DNA from: Mobula hypostoma
Taxonomy: Eukaryota
DNA: 64,000 nt
Assembly (NCBI RefSeq): GCF_963921235.1
Contig: NC_086108.1
Span: 10,230,001-10,294,000, forward strand
Reading direction: 5' to 3'
A model generated the notes under the pieces. That model had not been told where the DNA came from. It saw nothing but the letters and a program-made list of their open reading frames with translations, and did no database searches. A program made the translations under genes and the position numbers. Positions 37,161 to 49,374 of this stretch are shown piece after piece (the first letter of the stretch is position 1; each line of letters begins with the position of its first letter).

Positions 37161-37654
37161 CTTCTAAACTATTGTTGACCTTGTGGCCAAATAGTAGAAT
37201 TACATGAGATACAATGGAATATTGTGCGCTAGATTGGTGCCCCCATCAGTGGCAGACACTGGAGGCATAGGTGACTGCAGATATTGGATTCTGGAGCAAC
37301 ACGCAGATTGCCAGAGGGACTCAATAGTTGAACAGCATCTGTAAATGGGAGGGGGCGAGGAATGGCAAATAGATACACAGGTGGGGGATCTCATTGAAAG
37401 CTGCCAAATACGGAAAGGCTTTTCCCACTGACGTTGGGTGAGACTAGAGCTCTGGGTCATATGTTTAGGGTGAAATTTAAGGGAAACCTGAGGGGAAACT
37501 TCTTCACTCAGAGGGTGGTAAGAGTGTGTATGGAGCTGCCAGAGGAGTGGTGGATGTGGGTATAATTTCAACAGTTAAGGGAAATTTGGATCAGTATGTG
37601 GATGTGGAGAGCTATGGTCCAGGTACCGATTGATGAGACTAGACAGAACAATAG

Positions 37655-38270
37655 TTTGGTGAGAACCATCGTAAATTGGGGGACAGCTTTGTTGAGCACC
37701 ACTGGTCTATCTGCCAAAATCAGAACTTCCCAGTGGCCAAATATTTTAATTCCAATTCCCATTCCTGTCCCGACATGTCAATCCATGGCCTCCTTTTGTG
37801 CAAAATGAGGCCACTCTCACATTGGAGGAGAAACACCTTGCATTCCAACTGTGTAGCCTCCAACCTGATGGCATGAATATCGATTTCTCCTTCCGGTAAA
37901 AAAAAATCACTCCCCATCCCCTCTTCTGTTCCCTACTCTGGCTCTTACTTCTCACCTGCCTATCGCTTCCCGTAAGTCCCCTCCTCCTTCCCTTTCTCCT
38001 ATGGTCCACTCTTCTCTCCTATCAGATTCTATCTTCTTCACCCCTTGCCCTTTCTCACCCACCTGGCTTCACCTATCACCTTCTGGCTCGCTTCTTTCCT
38101 CTTCCCCCACCTTTTTAGGTCATCTTCCCCATTCTTTTCGAGTCCTGATGAAGGGTCTCGGCCCAAAGCCTCACCTGTTTATTCATTTCCATAGCTGCTG
38201 CCTGACCTGCTGAGTTCCTCCAGCATTTTGTGTTTGTTGCTTTAGATCTCCAGCATCTGCAAACTTATGT
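37655..38270 (+). mobile_element. Penelope-like element 3' end
   Basis: GET.RKLGDSFVEH..PVAKYFNSNSHS..MSIHGLL GIY-YIG remnant, pyrimidine tract and CTGATGA-containing terminal repeat. Confidence 0.88.
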
Positions 38271-38437
38271 TTAAAATAATTGTTCCAATATTATATGACT
38301 ATTAAATGATTCTCTAGGACAATTAGATGGACTTTTTGACCTAACAATCTACTTTGCACTTTCTCCACCGCACTTTTGCTGCAGCTGTTACAGTTTCTTC
38401 TGCATTCTGTAATTGTTTTACCTTATTCTACCTCAAT

Positions 38438-38812
38438 CATCATTATCATCATTACCTGCCATGTTATATGATGTAGGTGATCATGCTCTCATGACCATGA
38501 TTGGCAAAATTCGTCTACGGAAGTGATTTGCCATTGCTGCCTTCTGGGCAGTGTCTTTACAAGACGGGTGACTCCAGCTGTTAACAATACTCTTCAGAGA
38601 CTGTATGCCTGGTGTCAGTGGTCACATAACCAGGACTTGAGATATGCACCAGCTGCTCGTACGACCATCCACCACCTGCTCCCATGGTTTCATGTGACCC
38701 TGACTGGGGTCGAACTAGATGCTACACCTTGCCCAAGGGTGACCTGCAGGCAAATGAAGGGAAGAATAGCCTTAAACCTCCTTTGGTAGGACATCTCTGC
38801 ACCCCACCACCC
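38438..38812 (-). mobile_element. RTE-tailed SINE or non-autonomous element
   Basis: Same family as 53808-54200; (ATG)n tail; 11-bp TSD TCTACCT(C/T)AAT at 38427 and 38815. Confidence 0.8.
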
Positions 38813-39102
38813 AATCTACCTTAATGCGCTGTGCAATGAGCTGATCTGCACGAACAGTTTGCAAGACAAGCTCTTTCCTGTATTTTGATACACGTGACAA
38901 TAATAAACCAATTCCAATACCAATTCTATTAAATTCTGAGATTACATATGGTTTAATTGCTTCTACTAAATTGCAAAATAGGAGATCTCTGCTGATCACG
39001 GATGGGCTCTTCCCGCTGAGGCTGGAACTCTCTTGGTCATATGCTTAGGGTGAACGGTGAAATATTTAACGGTAACCTGAAGGGAGTCTAATTCCAAAGT
39101 AT

Positions 39103-39640
39103 CACACACACAAAATGCTGGACGAACTCAGCAGATCAGGCAGCATCTATGGAAATTAGTAGACAGTCGATATTCTGGTCTCAGACCTTTCGTCAGTACT
39201 AAGAAGGAAGGGGGAAGATGCCAGTGGGGTGGGAGGGGAAGGAGGGTAGCTGGAAGATAATAGATGAAGCCAGGTGGGTGGGAAAGGTGAGTTGGAGGAG
39301 AAGGAATCTGATAGGAGAGGAGAAAGGGAAGGAGAAGGGGCACCAGGGGGAACTGAGAGGAAGGTGAGAAGGAGTGAAGGATCATAGTGGGGAATAGCGG
39401 AAGGGGGGATTTATTTGCTGGAAAGAGAAATCGATATTCATGCCACCAGGTTGGAGGCTACCCAGATGGAATATAAGGTGTTGCTCCTGCACTGAGAGGG
39501 TGGCCTCATCTTGGCACAAGAGGGAGCCGAGAACTGACGTGTCGGAATGGGAATGCAATTTGGAATAAAAATGTTTGGACACCAGGACGTCCTGCTCGTG
39601 ACAGATGGTGCGGAGGTGCTCGACGAAGCGGTCCACCAAT
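39103..39640 (-). mobile_element. Penelope-like element 3' end
   Basis: ORF 39382-39639 DRFVEHLR..HSHSD.SVLG..EQHLIFHLGSLQPGGMNIDFS; terminal repeat at 39103-39200. Confidence 0.9.
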
Positions 39641-39819
39641 TTGTTTAGTACTCATAACCTCTGACTACAAAATCCAGCAACTCGCTTGCCTTTGTCACTG
39701 CTCGTGTATTTACGTGTACAAGGATGATCAGATCGCTCAGAACACTAAAGCCTTTAGATTTGTCTCTGATTTCCAGATGACTCTATCTCTAACCCTAACC
39801 CTAACCATACTGTAGGACG

Positions 39820-40600
39820 CTCCACCCCTCTCCCTCCCTCTTCCAACTGGGTCCACCTCTCCCTCTCACCAGGTCACCCTCCTCTCTCTTCCTGCCAAGT
39901 CCCCCCTCCTCTCTCTCCCCCCCCATACACTCTGCACCTACTCTCCCTTCCATGACCCCCTCCACCAGTTTCTTTCTTGTTCTTTCCATCCCTCTCCTCT
40001 CTCCTTCTCCCTCTCACTCCCCAATCTCTTACCAGATGTATGTATGTATATATACCAGGTCCACCATATCTCTCTCTCCATGTCAGGTCCCCCTCACTCT
40101 CTCTACCTGTAGGTTCCCCCCCCCTCACTAGGTCGCTGCTATGCCCCCCACATCTCTCTCGCTCTCTCTCTGCCAGGAGCCCTCCCTCTATATCTCTCCC
40201 TGCCAGGACTCACCCCTGTTCCCTTCTTCTATCTGCCTGCTAGGTAAACCCCCCTTCCTCTTTCTCTCTCTCTCTTCCCCCCCGCCACTCTCTCTCCCCC
40301 TTCCCACTACTGCTTTTTCTCTCAGCATACCACATCCTACCTGTCTCTCTCTCTCTCTCTCCCTGCCTGGTACCTACATCTCTCTCTCTTCCTGCCAGGT
40401 CTCTATCTCCCTGCCAGGTACCCCCCTCCCTTCTCTCCTCCAGGAGCTTGCCCCACTCTCTCTCTGCCAGGTACCACCCTCTCCTCACCAGGAAGCCTTC
40501 ACCTGCATCCCCCAGCCCTACTTCTATTCTGAACCTTTCCCTCCACATCCCCACAAACTCTGGTCCACACCCCCTGCAATCCCATCCCCTTTAATCAACT
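39820..40600. repeat. Pyrimidine-rich low-complexity tract punctuated by (G/A)CCAGG motifs; (TAACCC)~3 at 39790-39806
   Basis: Direct inspection. Confidence 0.8.
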
Positions 40601-40697
40601 CCAAGCTTAACTGCTAAACCCACCACCTTTGCATATTTGTTACCCTAACCTTAAAATGGGCGTAAGGAGGAGAAAGGTCCCAGTGAAGGGAAGTGCC

Positions 40698-40928
40698 GGA
40701 CCTGGGTAATGAAGGACCTGGGTAATTCCGGACCTGGGTAATGAAGGACCTGGGTAATTCCGGACCTGGGTAATGAAGGACCTGGGTAATTCCGGACCTG
40801 GGTAATGAAGGACCTGTGTAATTCCGGACCTGGGTAATGAAGGCGAGGGTAATTCCGGACCTGGGTAATTCCGGACCTGGGTAATGAAGGCGAGGGTAAT
40901 GAAGGACCTGGGTAATGAAGGCGAGGGC
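40698..40928. repeat. Minisatellite of alternating 16-mers GGACCTGGGTAATGAA / GGACCTGGGTAATTCC
   Basis: About 14 units; a GGCGAGGGTAAT variant appears in the right half. Confidence 0.95.
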
Positions 40929-41205
40929 CAGAGCAAAGTGTCCCCTGCATCCGCAGCAATGAAATCTGGAATCGAAAGAGGGATAGTCTTCCCACCGTCT
41001 GCATAATTACATGCTTAACCCACACAATCTCATCCATCAATCCTATACATTTACTCTGTCTGGAACATAAAACATTACAGCACAGTGTCGGCCCTTTGGC
41101 CCTCAAAGTTGTGCTAGCTTCATAACCCACTGTCAGGTCAATCCAACCCTTCTCTCTTATGCAGCCCTCCATTTCTCCATCGAGGATAGTTTGAGCAAGC
41201 TAAGG

Positions 41206-41497
41206 TGTTGTAATGTGAGTGGAATTAAAAGTAAGTTAATACCAATTAGGATATCGTGGCGGGGGGGGGTCTATTTCCGTTTGTTGTTCTTCCGGTGGCC
41301 CTCGTGTACGTAGTGTTCCCGCCATGCCGTACGGGTTGTGAAACCCTCTGTATATACGTAACGTTTTGAAGTTCGAGATAAAGTTGTTTCTTTGGCATGA
41401 AGTTGTCGAGTGTGCCTTTTTCAAAGTAGAAGTTACCACATATTTTTAAACCAGTTCACCTTGTCGCCTTACTTTTAATTACACTCACATTACAACA
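41206..41497. mobile_element. 292-bp element with 30-bp terminal inverted repeats, TG..CA ends and 5-bp TSD TAAGG (solo LTR or MITE)
   Basis: tgttgtaatgtgagtggaattaaaagtaag (41206-41235) versus cttacttttaattacactcacattacaaca (41468-41497), 1 mismatch; splits a CR1 remnant. Confidence 0.92.
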
Positions 41498-42208
41498 TAA
41501 GGCATTTCTCTTTGGAGAGAAGGAAATTGAGAGTCGGCTTGATGGAGATGTACATGATGATCTGAGGCAGAGATTGAGTGGACAGACATTTTCTTAAAAT
41601 GCTCCTAATGTATCTGCCTCTACCAGCACCCTGGCTGGGCATTCCCTGCGCCCATCACTCTCTGCATAAAAAAATAAACTTACTTCTGACTTACTTCTGA
41701 CATCTCGCCTATACTTTACTGCCATCACCTTAAAGTTATAATCGTTGTATTTCTTCTTCTTCTTCTTGGACCCCTAGCTCCCAGTGGAGCATAAGCCATC
41801 GATGACCTCAGGTCTCCATCGTCCTCTGAAGTCAGTGGTACAGTTGGAGATCATTGATGCTTCTGCAGTCCATTGCATTCACCGTACAGCCTGCCTAGCT
41901 TCATCGGAGCCCTGTTGTCTGGCCTTACCTGTTTCCACCTCTCACAATGGGGACAGAGGGTTGGACTTTAAGAAGCATTAGCTATTTCCACCCTGGGGAA
42001 AAAAGCTCTCTGCTTCCAAATAGTAAATTAGTCTCAGTAACAGCAACCAAACATAAAAGGATTGTTACAAAGTCCCATCTGGCCACTAACATTCTTCAAG
42101 GAAGGGATTTTGCCATCATTACCCAGTCTGGATTCCAAGCCTACCAGTGTGATTGATAGTCACCTTATGTCCATGGGTCATTAGGGTTGGAGTATCAGTA
42201 TTGATATT

Positions 42209-42534
42209 TGGCAGGGAATGTAGAGCAGGCTTGACCCAATAGGTGAGCAGTGGAGACAACTTATCAGTAAACGATATCTTTAACAATAGACCGCAAAATA
42301 ACAAGCCACAAGGGGCCACAAAAGAAGAGCGAACAGAAACAAAGCACAATAGGCAACCAGATAAACTTCAGGCAGGGGGAGACAAGGCTAGGAGCAACTG
42401 GCTGGTTCGATGAGCGAACAATAACTGTGGATGAGAGCTCGGGTGCAACAGGCTGCAGATGATGAGTGACTGGTGGGAGGCGGGAGGTACCTGCATGTGC
42501 AGACTGGGAGATGTCAGGGGGACCAGGGCTGACA
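42209..42534 (-). mobile_element. Possible degraded solo LTR
   Basis: tggcagg...ctgaca ends and a composition like the LTRs at 30.8/35.5 kb; no TSD found. Confidence 0.35.
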
Positions 42535-42617
42535 AGAATGTCAGAGACGCCAGGAGCAAATATTAAAAAAAAGACTAATGAGAGAAACCTTGAAGGGTGG
42601 TCAGGCTGAGAGGCTTT

Positions 42618-44460
42618 CAGAATCAGGTTTAATATCATCAGCATATGTTGTGAAATTCATTAACTTAGCAGCAGCAGTGCAATGCAAGAAATGATAAATA
42701 TAGAGAAAACTGAATTATATATATGTCTATTAAGTAGTTAAAATGAGTGGTGCAAAAACAGAGATTAAAAAAAAGATGTGAGGTAGTGTTCATGGGTTTA
42801 ATGCCCATCTAGGAATTGTATGGTAGGGGGGAAGAAGCTGTTTCTGAATCGCTGAGTGTGTGTCTTCGGGCTCCTGTACCTTCTCCATGATAGTAGCAAT
42901 GAGAAGAGAGAAAGACCTGGGTGATGGGGGTCCCTAATGATGGACGCTGCCATCCAAAGACCTGCTCCTTGAAAATTTTTTGGGTACTGCGGAAGCTAGT
43001 TCCCATGATGGAGCTGACTAATTTTACAACTCTCTGCGGCTTATTGTGATCCTGTGTAGTAGCACCATTCCCCTCCCCCATAACAGATGGTGATACAGCC
43101 AGTCAGAATGCTCTCTGCAGAACATCTGTTGAAGATTTTGAGTTTTAGGTGAAACCTAAATCTCTCCAAGCTCCTTATAGCCACTGTCGTGCCTTCTTTA
43201 TAGATGCATCAATATGTTGGGTCCAGGTTAGATCCTCAGAGATATTGATAGCCAGAAAGTGAAATTGCTCACTCTCTCCACTTCTGATCCCTCCAGAGAC
43301 AATTCACATCTAGAGACAATTCACCTCACAGGATCTATCTGTTAAACTCCTGAAGTTTGCAGACGACACAACTGTCATTGGCCTTATCCGAGACGGTGGT
43401 GAGTCTGCATACAGATGGGTGGTGGAACGGCTGGCCCTCTGGTGTGGTCAGAACAATCTGGAGCTAAATACGCTCAAGACTGTGGAGATGACAGTGGACT
43501 TGAGGAGGAGCCCCACAGTACTCCCCCCACTCACTATACTCAACAGTATTGTGTCTGCTGTGGAGACCTTCAGGTTTCTGGGTGTCACAATCTCCCAGGA
43601 TCTGAAGTGGACACCCAACGCGGACACTCTTATCAAAAAGGCTCAGCAGAGGTTGTACTTCCTACGTCAACTCAGGAAGTACAACCTGCCTCAGGAGCTG
43701 CTGATTCAATTCTATTCAGGAATAATCCGGTCTGTTCTCTGTTCGTCCATCACTGTCTGGTTTGGATCAGCTACCAAAGACGACAAGAATAGACTCCAAA
43801 GAACCGTCAGGGCTGCGGAAAGGATTATTGGTGTGAAACTGCCCTCGATCCAGGACTTATATGCATCTAGAGTCAGGAAACGAGCAAGCAGCATCATTGT
43901 AGACCCATCACACCCTGGACATCACCTGTTCCAACTCCTTCCTTCTGGTGGGAGCTTTAGATCACTGTATGACAGGACAAATAGGTACAAGAACAGTTTC
44001 TTTCCATATGCCATCAGTCTTACTAACACTTGAACTTTAGTCTATTATAAACCAAGTCCACCTGTACATACACAGGTATACCTCATTGTATATAGTTCAC
44101 GATTATTTGCACTATTGTTTTGTTTGCTTTTTGATTCTGTACGGCGAGAGCTCAGGGAAACCGGCATCAAATTCCCTGTATGTGTCCACACACTTGGTGA
44201 TTATAATGGATTCTGATTCTGATCCCTCTATGAGTATTGGGTTGTGTTCCCCCGTCTTACCCTTTCTGAAGCCCACAATCAGTTCTTTGGTCTTATTTCC
44301 ATTAAGTGCAAGGTTGTTGCTATGACACCACTCAGCTAGCTAGTGTATCTCAGTCCTGTATGCCTCCTCATCACCATCTGAGATTCCGTCAGCAATTGTA
44401 TCATCAGCAAATCTATAGTTGGCATTTGAGCTGTGCCTAGCCCCACAATCAGGGATGAGG
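42618..44460 (-). mobile_element. Old antisense Rex-type LINE, host of the 43294-44223 insertion
   Basis: ORF 42809-43081 remnants; KFADDT-like at 44395-44412; (GATTCT)n-type tail at 42618. Confidence 0.75.
43294..44223 (+). mobile_element. Young 5'-truncated Rex1/Babar-type LINE
   Basis: Open frame LLKFADDTTVIGLI..WCGQNNLELN..KKAQQRLYFLRQL..SFFPYAI to 44033; (GATTCT)n tail; 12-bp TSD TTCTGATCCCTC. Confidence 0.95.
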
Positions 44461-44963
44461 GTGTAGGACCATTGAGCAAGTGGAAGGCGTTATATACTGC
44501 TCACATACCTCAAACAGAAAGATATCCTTCACATTGCCCCCACGTCGGAGCAAATAAGCCACACTTCAGTAACTTCTGCTGAGAACATTCCCTACAATGG
44601 TAGCAAGCAGCAAAGATAGAAACTTCATTAAAATTTCACTACACTGCACGCTTCCATAACCAGATTTATCCATTTAGATGTTTTTTTCATATTTCAGCAT
44701 GTGGTGGAAGAGCCTTGAATGTATCACACATTTATTCAGTACAAACACACACAAAGGAAGACAGCAGTAACCTTCCTCTAAACCAAATACGGGGCTTTGT
44801 ATTTTTTAGGTGCAGAGTCAAGTTTGAAGTTCAAAGTACATTTATTATCAAAGTATGTATATATTATACAACCTTGAAATTCGTCTCCTTACAGGTAGCC
44901 ATGAAACAAGAAACCCAAAGAACCTATGAAACAAAAACACGACAAACACAATGTGTGTGTGGT

Positions 44964-44976
44964 GGGGGGGGGGGGG

Positions 44977-45071
<95 letters not shown>
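44964..45071. repeat. G-run followed by a (GA)n microsatellite of ~95 bp
   Basis: Direct inspection. Confidence 0.98.
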
Positions 45072-45072
<1 letters not shown>

Positions 45073-45121
45073 AAATCGTGCATACAATGAAAGTAAGCAA
45101 GTAGTATTTAGAGTGAAATTG

Positions 45122-45432
45122 TGGGCACGTGGCCAAGTGGTTAAGGCATTGGACTAGTGACCTGAAGGTTGTGAGTTCGAGCCCCAGCTGAGGGAACGTG
45201 TTGTGTCCTTGAGCAAGGCACTTAATCACACAGTGCTCTGCGACAACACTGGTGCCAAGCTGTATGGGTCCTAATGCCCTTCCCTTGGACAACATTGGTG
45301 TCGTAGAGAGGGGAGACTTGCAGCATGGGCAACTGCTGGTCTTCCATACAACCTTGCCCAGGCCTGCACCCTGGAGGGTGAAGACTTTCCAGGCGCAGAT
45401 CCATGGTCTCGCAAGTCTAATGGATGCCTTTA
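45122..45432 (+). mobile_element. tRNA-derived CORE-type SINE
   Basis: A box TGGCCAAGTGG, B box GAGTTCGAGCC, CORE-like tgtgtccttgagcaaggcacttaa. Confidence 0.85.
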
Positions 45433-46164
45433 CTGAGCCCTCAGACACGAAACCCGGAGCAGCCTGAGCAGGCTGAGCAGGCAACAGTGCACAGTGGAGT
45501 AAATGTTGCAGAGCAGTCAGCAGAACTGGCTGGACACTCGCCTTTGGTCCTGACGCCCTGTCTTTTCAACACTTTGTGTTGAACATGCCTCGACCTCTTC
45601 CTGACTTGCACCTGCATGCTTTGACCCTCACTTGTTTCTTCATTGTTCGTGGTGACTTTCAAGACCTCGACGGTGGAACAGGTGGACGAAATTACTTCGA
45701 ACTCAACGGCTGTGAAGGCGGATGAAGGCTGCAACAAATCCATCAGCTCCAATCGTCGTGGTTTCCATGCCTTTGGAATCAGTTGGTTGATTTGTGAAGT
45801 ATCGTGTGCTTCTTGGAGTGCAACATCAAGTACACATTAAACAAATACACGCACAGGCGTCTTCACTCTGTGGGAATGAAGACCATCAACCTTGACCTCA
45901 AGGGAGAGCCACAACGATGACGTGGTGACTTTTTATCATAAACTTTTTACAGCTTAATTAACAATGTACTTAAGTTGTATTTTTTGCTTTGGGAATCACC
46001 AGAAAGCTGTCATCCGCCTTCATCAGTGCCAACTTAAACTGGAAAAAAATCAGGAAGTGATTGATAGCCTATGATTTGTGTGACCATGGCCAGTCCTGGT
46101 GAGACCAGGTTATGAGTGGTCTTCATGTGCTGAACCTGTACACATCTGAATTATTACTGACATA

Positions 46165-47230
46165 TGCAGCTCTGTAAAAATCTGGTTTGACCACAATTGG
46201 AGTATTGTCTTCAGTTCTCGTCACCTCATTATAGAAAGCATGTGGAAGCTTTAGAGAGAATGCAGAGGAGTTTTACCAGGATGCTGCCTGGTTTAGAGAG
46301 CATGTCTTATGAGAATAGGTTGAGCAAGCTAGGGCTTTTCTCTTTGGCGAGAAGGAGATTGAGAGTTGACTTGATAGATGCATACGAGATGATAAGAAGG
46401 CAGAGATTGAGTAGATAGCTAGAGACCTTTTTCCCAGATGGAATGGCTAATACCGGGGGCATAATTTTAAGGAGACTGGAGGAAAGTTTGGGGGGAATGT
46501 CGGAGGTACGTCCTTTATCTAGAGCGTGCTGGGTGCATGGAACATGCTGCCAGGGGTGATAGTAGAGGCAGATATTCAAGGGACAATTAATTATTATGAG
46601 GCATTTCCATCCTGGGAAAAGACCCTGAGTCAATCAGCTCATTGTAAATCCTCCAGTTTTAAAAAGGTAGGAATCTTGGGTGACAGTGAGGGAGCGAAGT
46701 CAGAGTCAGAGAAAAGTACAGCACAGAAAAGGGCCCTTCAGTCCATCGAGTCCATGCCAAAACCTTTCAAACTGCCTACTCCCATCGACCTGCCCCAGGG
46801 CAATAGACCCCCACCCCGTACCCCTGCCAGCCATGTATCTATCCAAACTTCATTTAAGTATTAAAATCAAGCTCGTAAGCACCACTTGTGCTACCAGCTC
46901 ATTTTACATTCTCACCACTTTCTGAGGTTTCCCCTCATGTTCTCCTTAAAGGTTTCACCTTTCACCCTTAACCCGTGACCCCTGGTTCTAGTCCCACCCA
47001 ACTTCAGTGGAAATAACCTGCTTGCACCTACCCCTTCATAGGTTTGAGGTCGAGGGGTTGAACATAGAACAGAGAACATTACAGCACAGTACAGGCCCTT
47101 CTGCCCACAATGTTATGCTGACCTTTTAACCCACTCTGAGATCAATCTAACCCTTCCCACCCACAGAGCCCTCTGTTTTTCTATCATCCACGCGCCTCTT
47201 TAAGGATCTCTTAAATATTCCTAATGTATG
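46165..47230. mobile_element. Cluster of degraded CR1 3' fragments (+ 46165-46600; - 46700-47040; - 47060-47230)
   Basis: ORF 46197-46418 EYCLQF..LERMQRSFTRMLPG; antisense acagcacag..ggccctt tails. Confidence 0.8.
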
Positions 47231-47769
47231 TGCCGGGAGGCCGATCTCTCCGGAACCCTGCAGTTTACAAACAAAATCACTTGTCGCCTCCTTGCAAAAC
47301 AAGGCATCAGTTACAAGTTCAACCATTAATTATATGAAGGGGTTTAATTCAGCCAGTTACGGCAAATTACCAGTCACACTCCCGGCATGGTGCAGTGACT
47401 GTTCCAGGATGTGTTACTTGTTTTAGCCAAGCTGCATCAGCACTCCCTCCCAGACAAAAGAACACTGTCACGATTGACAACAGCAATAGACGGGAGTGTT
47501 TGATCCACCGTCAGAAAGGGGTGTCACCCCGGTCATTCACTCCGACTCCCACTGTCTTCCACCTGCCTGCACACAGTTCAGTTCAAACCCGTGTTCCTGC
47601 AGTTTCCTGGGGCACCCACCAACCCTCTAATTAAAGGGAGGGGGTTGACTTGTTCACAGATCACTTGTAAACGACTGGCAAATGATAATTAGTGTTCATA
47701 CATTTTGTTTTTTGCACTGCTGGTTTGGTTACCATGTTAAACCTGAAAATTGTAATGTCGATCAGTGTT

Positions 47770-48745
47770 AGAGTCATAGAACACTACAGCACAGAAACAG
47801 GCCCTTCAGCCCATCTAGTCCCTGCCCAATTGTTATTCAGCCTAGTTCCTTCTTCCTCAACCTGGACCATAGCCCTCCATACCCTCCCCATCCATGTACC
47901 GATCAACAATGTTGAAATCTAACCCGAATCCATCTCTGGCAGCTCGTTCCATACTCTCAGCAGACTCCGACTGACGACGTTTCCCCCTCGTGTTCCCCTT
48001 AAATATTTCACCTTCCACTCTGAACTCATGACCTCTAATTCTAACCTTATCCACCCTCAGTGGAAAGATTTGCATTTACCCTCATCATTTTGTACACCTC
48101 TATCAAATCTCCCCTCATTCCCATAAGCTGCAGGGAACAAAGTCCCAACCTGTTCAACCTCTCCCTATAACTCAGGTACTCAAGTGCCGGCAACAGCCTT
48201 GTAAATTTTCTCTGCACTCTTTCAATCTTATTCACATCTTTCCTGTAGGTAGATGACCAGAACTGAACACAATACTCAAAATTAGGCCCCACTTCTACCT
48301 TATACAACTTCAACATAACATCCCCACTCCTGTACTCAATACTCTGATTTATTGAAGGCCAAAGCTCTCTTTACAACCCTATCTTCCTGTGATGCCATTT
48401 TCAAGGAATTCTGGATGTAAGGTATTCTGCCTCACCAGGCTGCTGACATAAGATACAGGAGCAGAATTAGGCCATTTGGCCCATCGAGTCTGCTCCACTA
48501 TTTCATCATGGTTGATCCATTGTCCCTCTCAGCCCCAGTCTCCTGCCTTCTCCCCGTATCCCTTCATGCCCTGACGAATCAAGAATCTATTAACCTCTGC
48601 TTTAAATATATCCAATGACTTGGCCTCCACAGCTGTGCGAGGCAACAAATTCCAACAGATTCACCACCCTCTGGCTAAAGGGAGAGGATTCACCACCCTC
48701 CTACTCACTGTTCTATGTGGATGTCCCTCTATTCTGACGCTGTGC
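47770..48745 (-). mobile_element. Two antisense CR1 3' fragments (47770-48420; 48445-48745)
   Basis: ORF 48047-48316 MLKLYK..EYCVQFWS..RGDLIEVYK; CR1 3' UTR sequences. Confidence 0.85.
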
Positions 48746-49374
48746 CGGAAAAAGGAGGAACTAAGATGGTATCAGAGGGCCAATTTTTCAGTTCATCCAC
48801 GAAACAGTTTAATTTCTTCTCTTTAACATCTTTGGTTTCCTTTTCAAGGTGGCTGGGGTCCTGTCAGAGTCCGTGATCTAAGGCTGCACTCAAACGATGG
48901 TTCTTTGTGGAGGTGGGTTCTTGCTCTCGGGCTGTTGTTTCTGATATCTCCAGGAGCAGCCAGGAAGATGTTCACCTTCAGGGTGCGACCCTGTGGATGG
49001 CCCAGTTCCTCGCCAGTGCTGCTGAGTGAAATAATTGACTTACTTGCTTTTTTGTTATTATTATTTTTTTTAATTTTATTTATATTTTTCTCTCTGCTGG
49101 ATTACGTATTGCATTGAACTGCTGCTGCTAAGTTAACAAATTTCACGTCACGTGCTGGTGATAATGAACTTGATTCTGATTGAAACATCGAGACAGCAGT
49201 GTACGTTGCTGTCGAAATAAGCAACAATGCAGATGTAACATCGAAGCACGAGCTGTTAGTCTCCACTCTCACTGTGGCAGGAGCGATGCCTCTCTCTCCC
49301 TCATTAGTGAGACAGAGGGCCTGTCGGATGTCGAAGTGTTGGGGTGAACAGCAGTTTTTTTGATGGATCATGGT

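Noticed and set aside
39790..39806. (TAACCC)~3 as an interstitial telomere
   Set aside because: Too short to distinguish from chance or a transposon-derived motif.
45122..45195. tRNA gene
   Set aside because: The A/B boxes run straight into a CORE-like body and tail, so this is a SINE head.
45637..45882. Segment bounded by the 8-bp inverted repeat TCTTCATT/AATGAAGA
   Set aside because: The IR is short with no TSD; probably a repeat fragment, but I cannot classify it.
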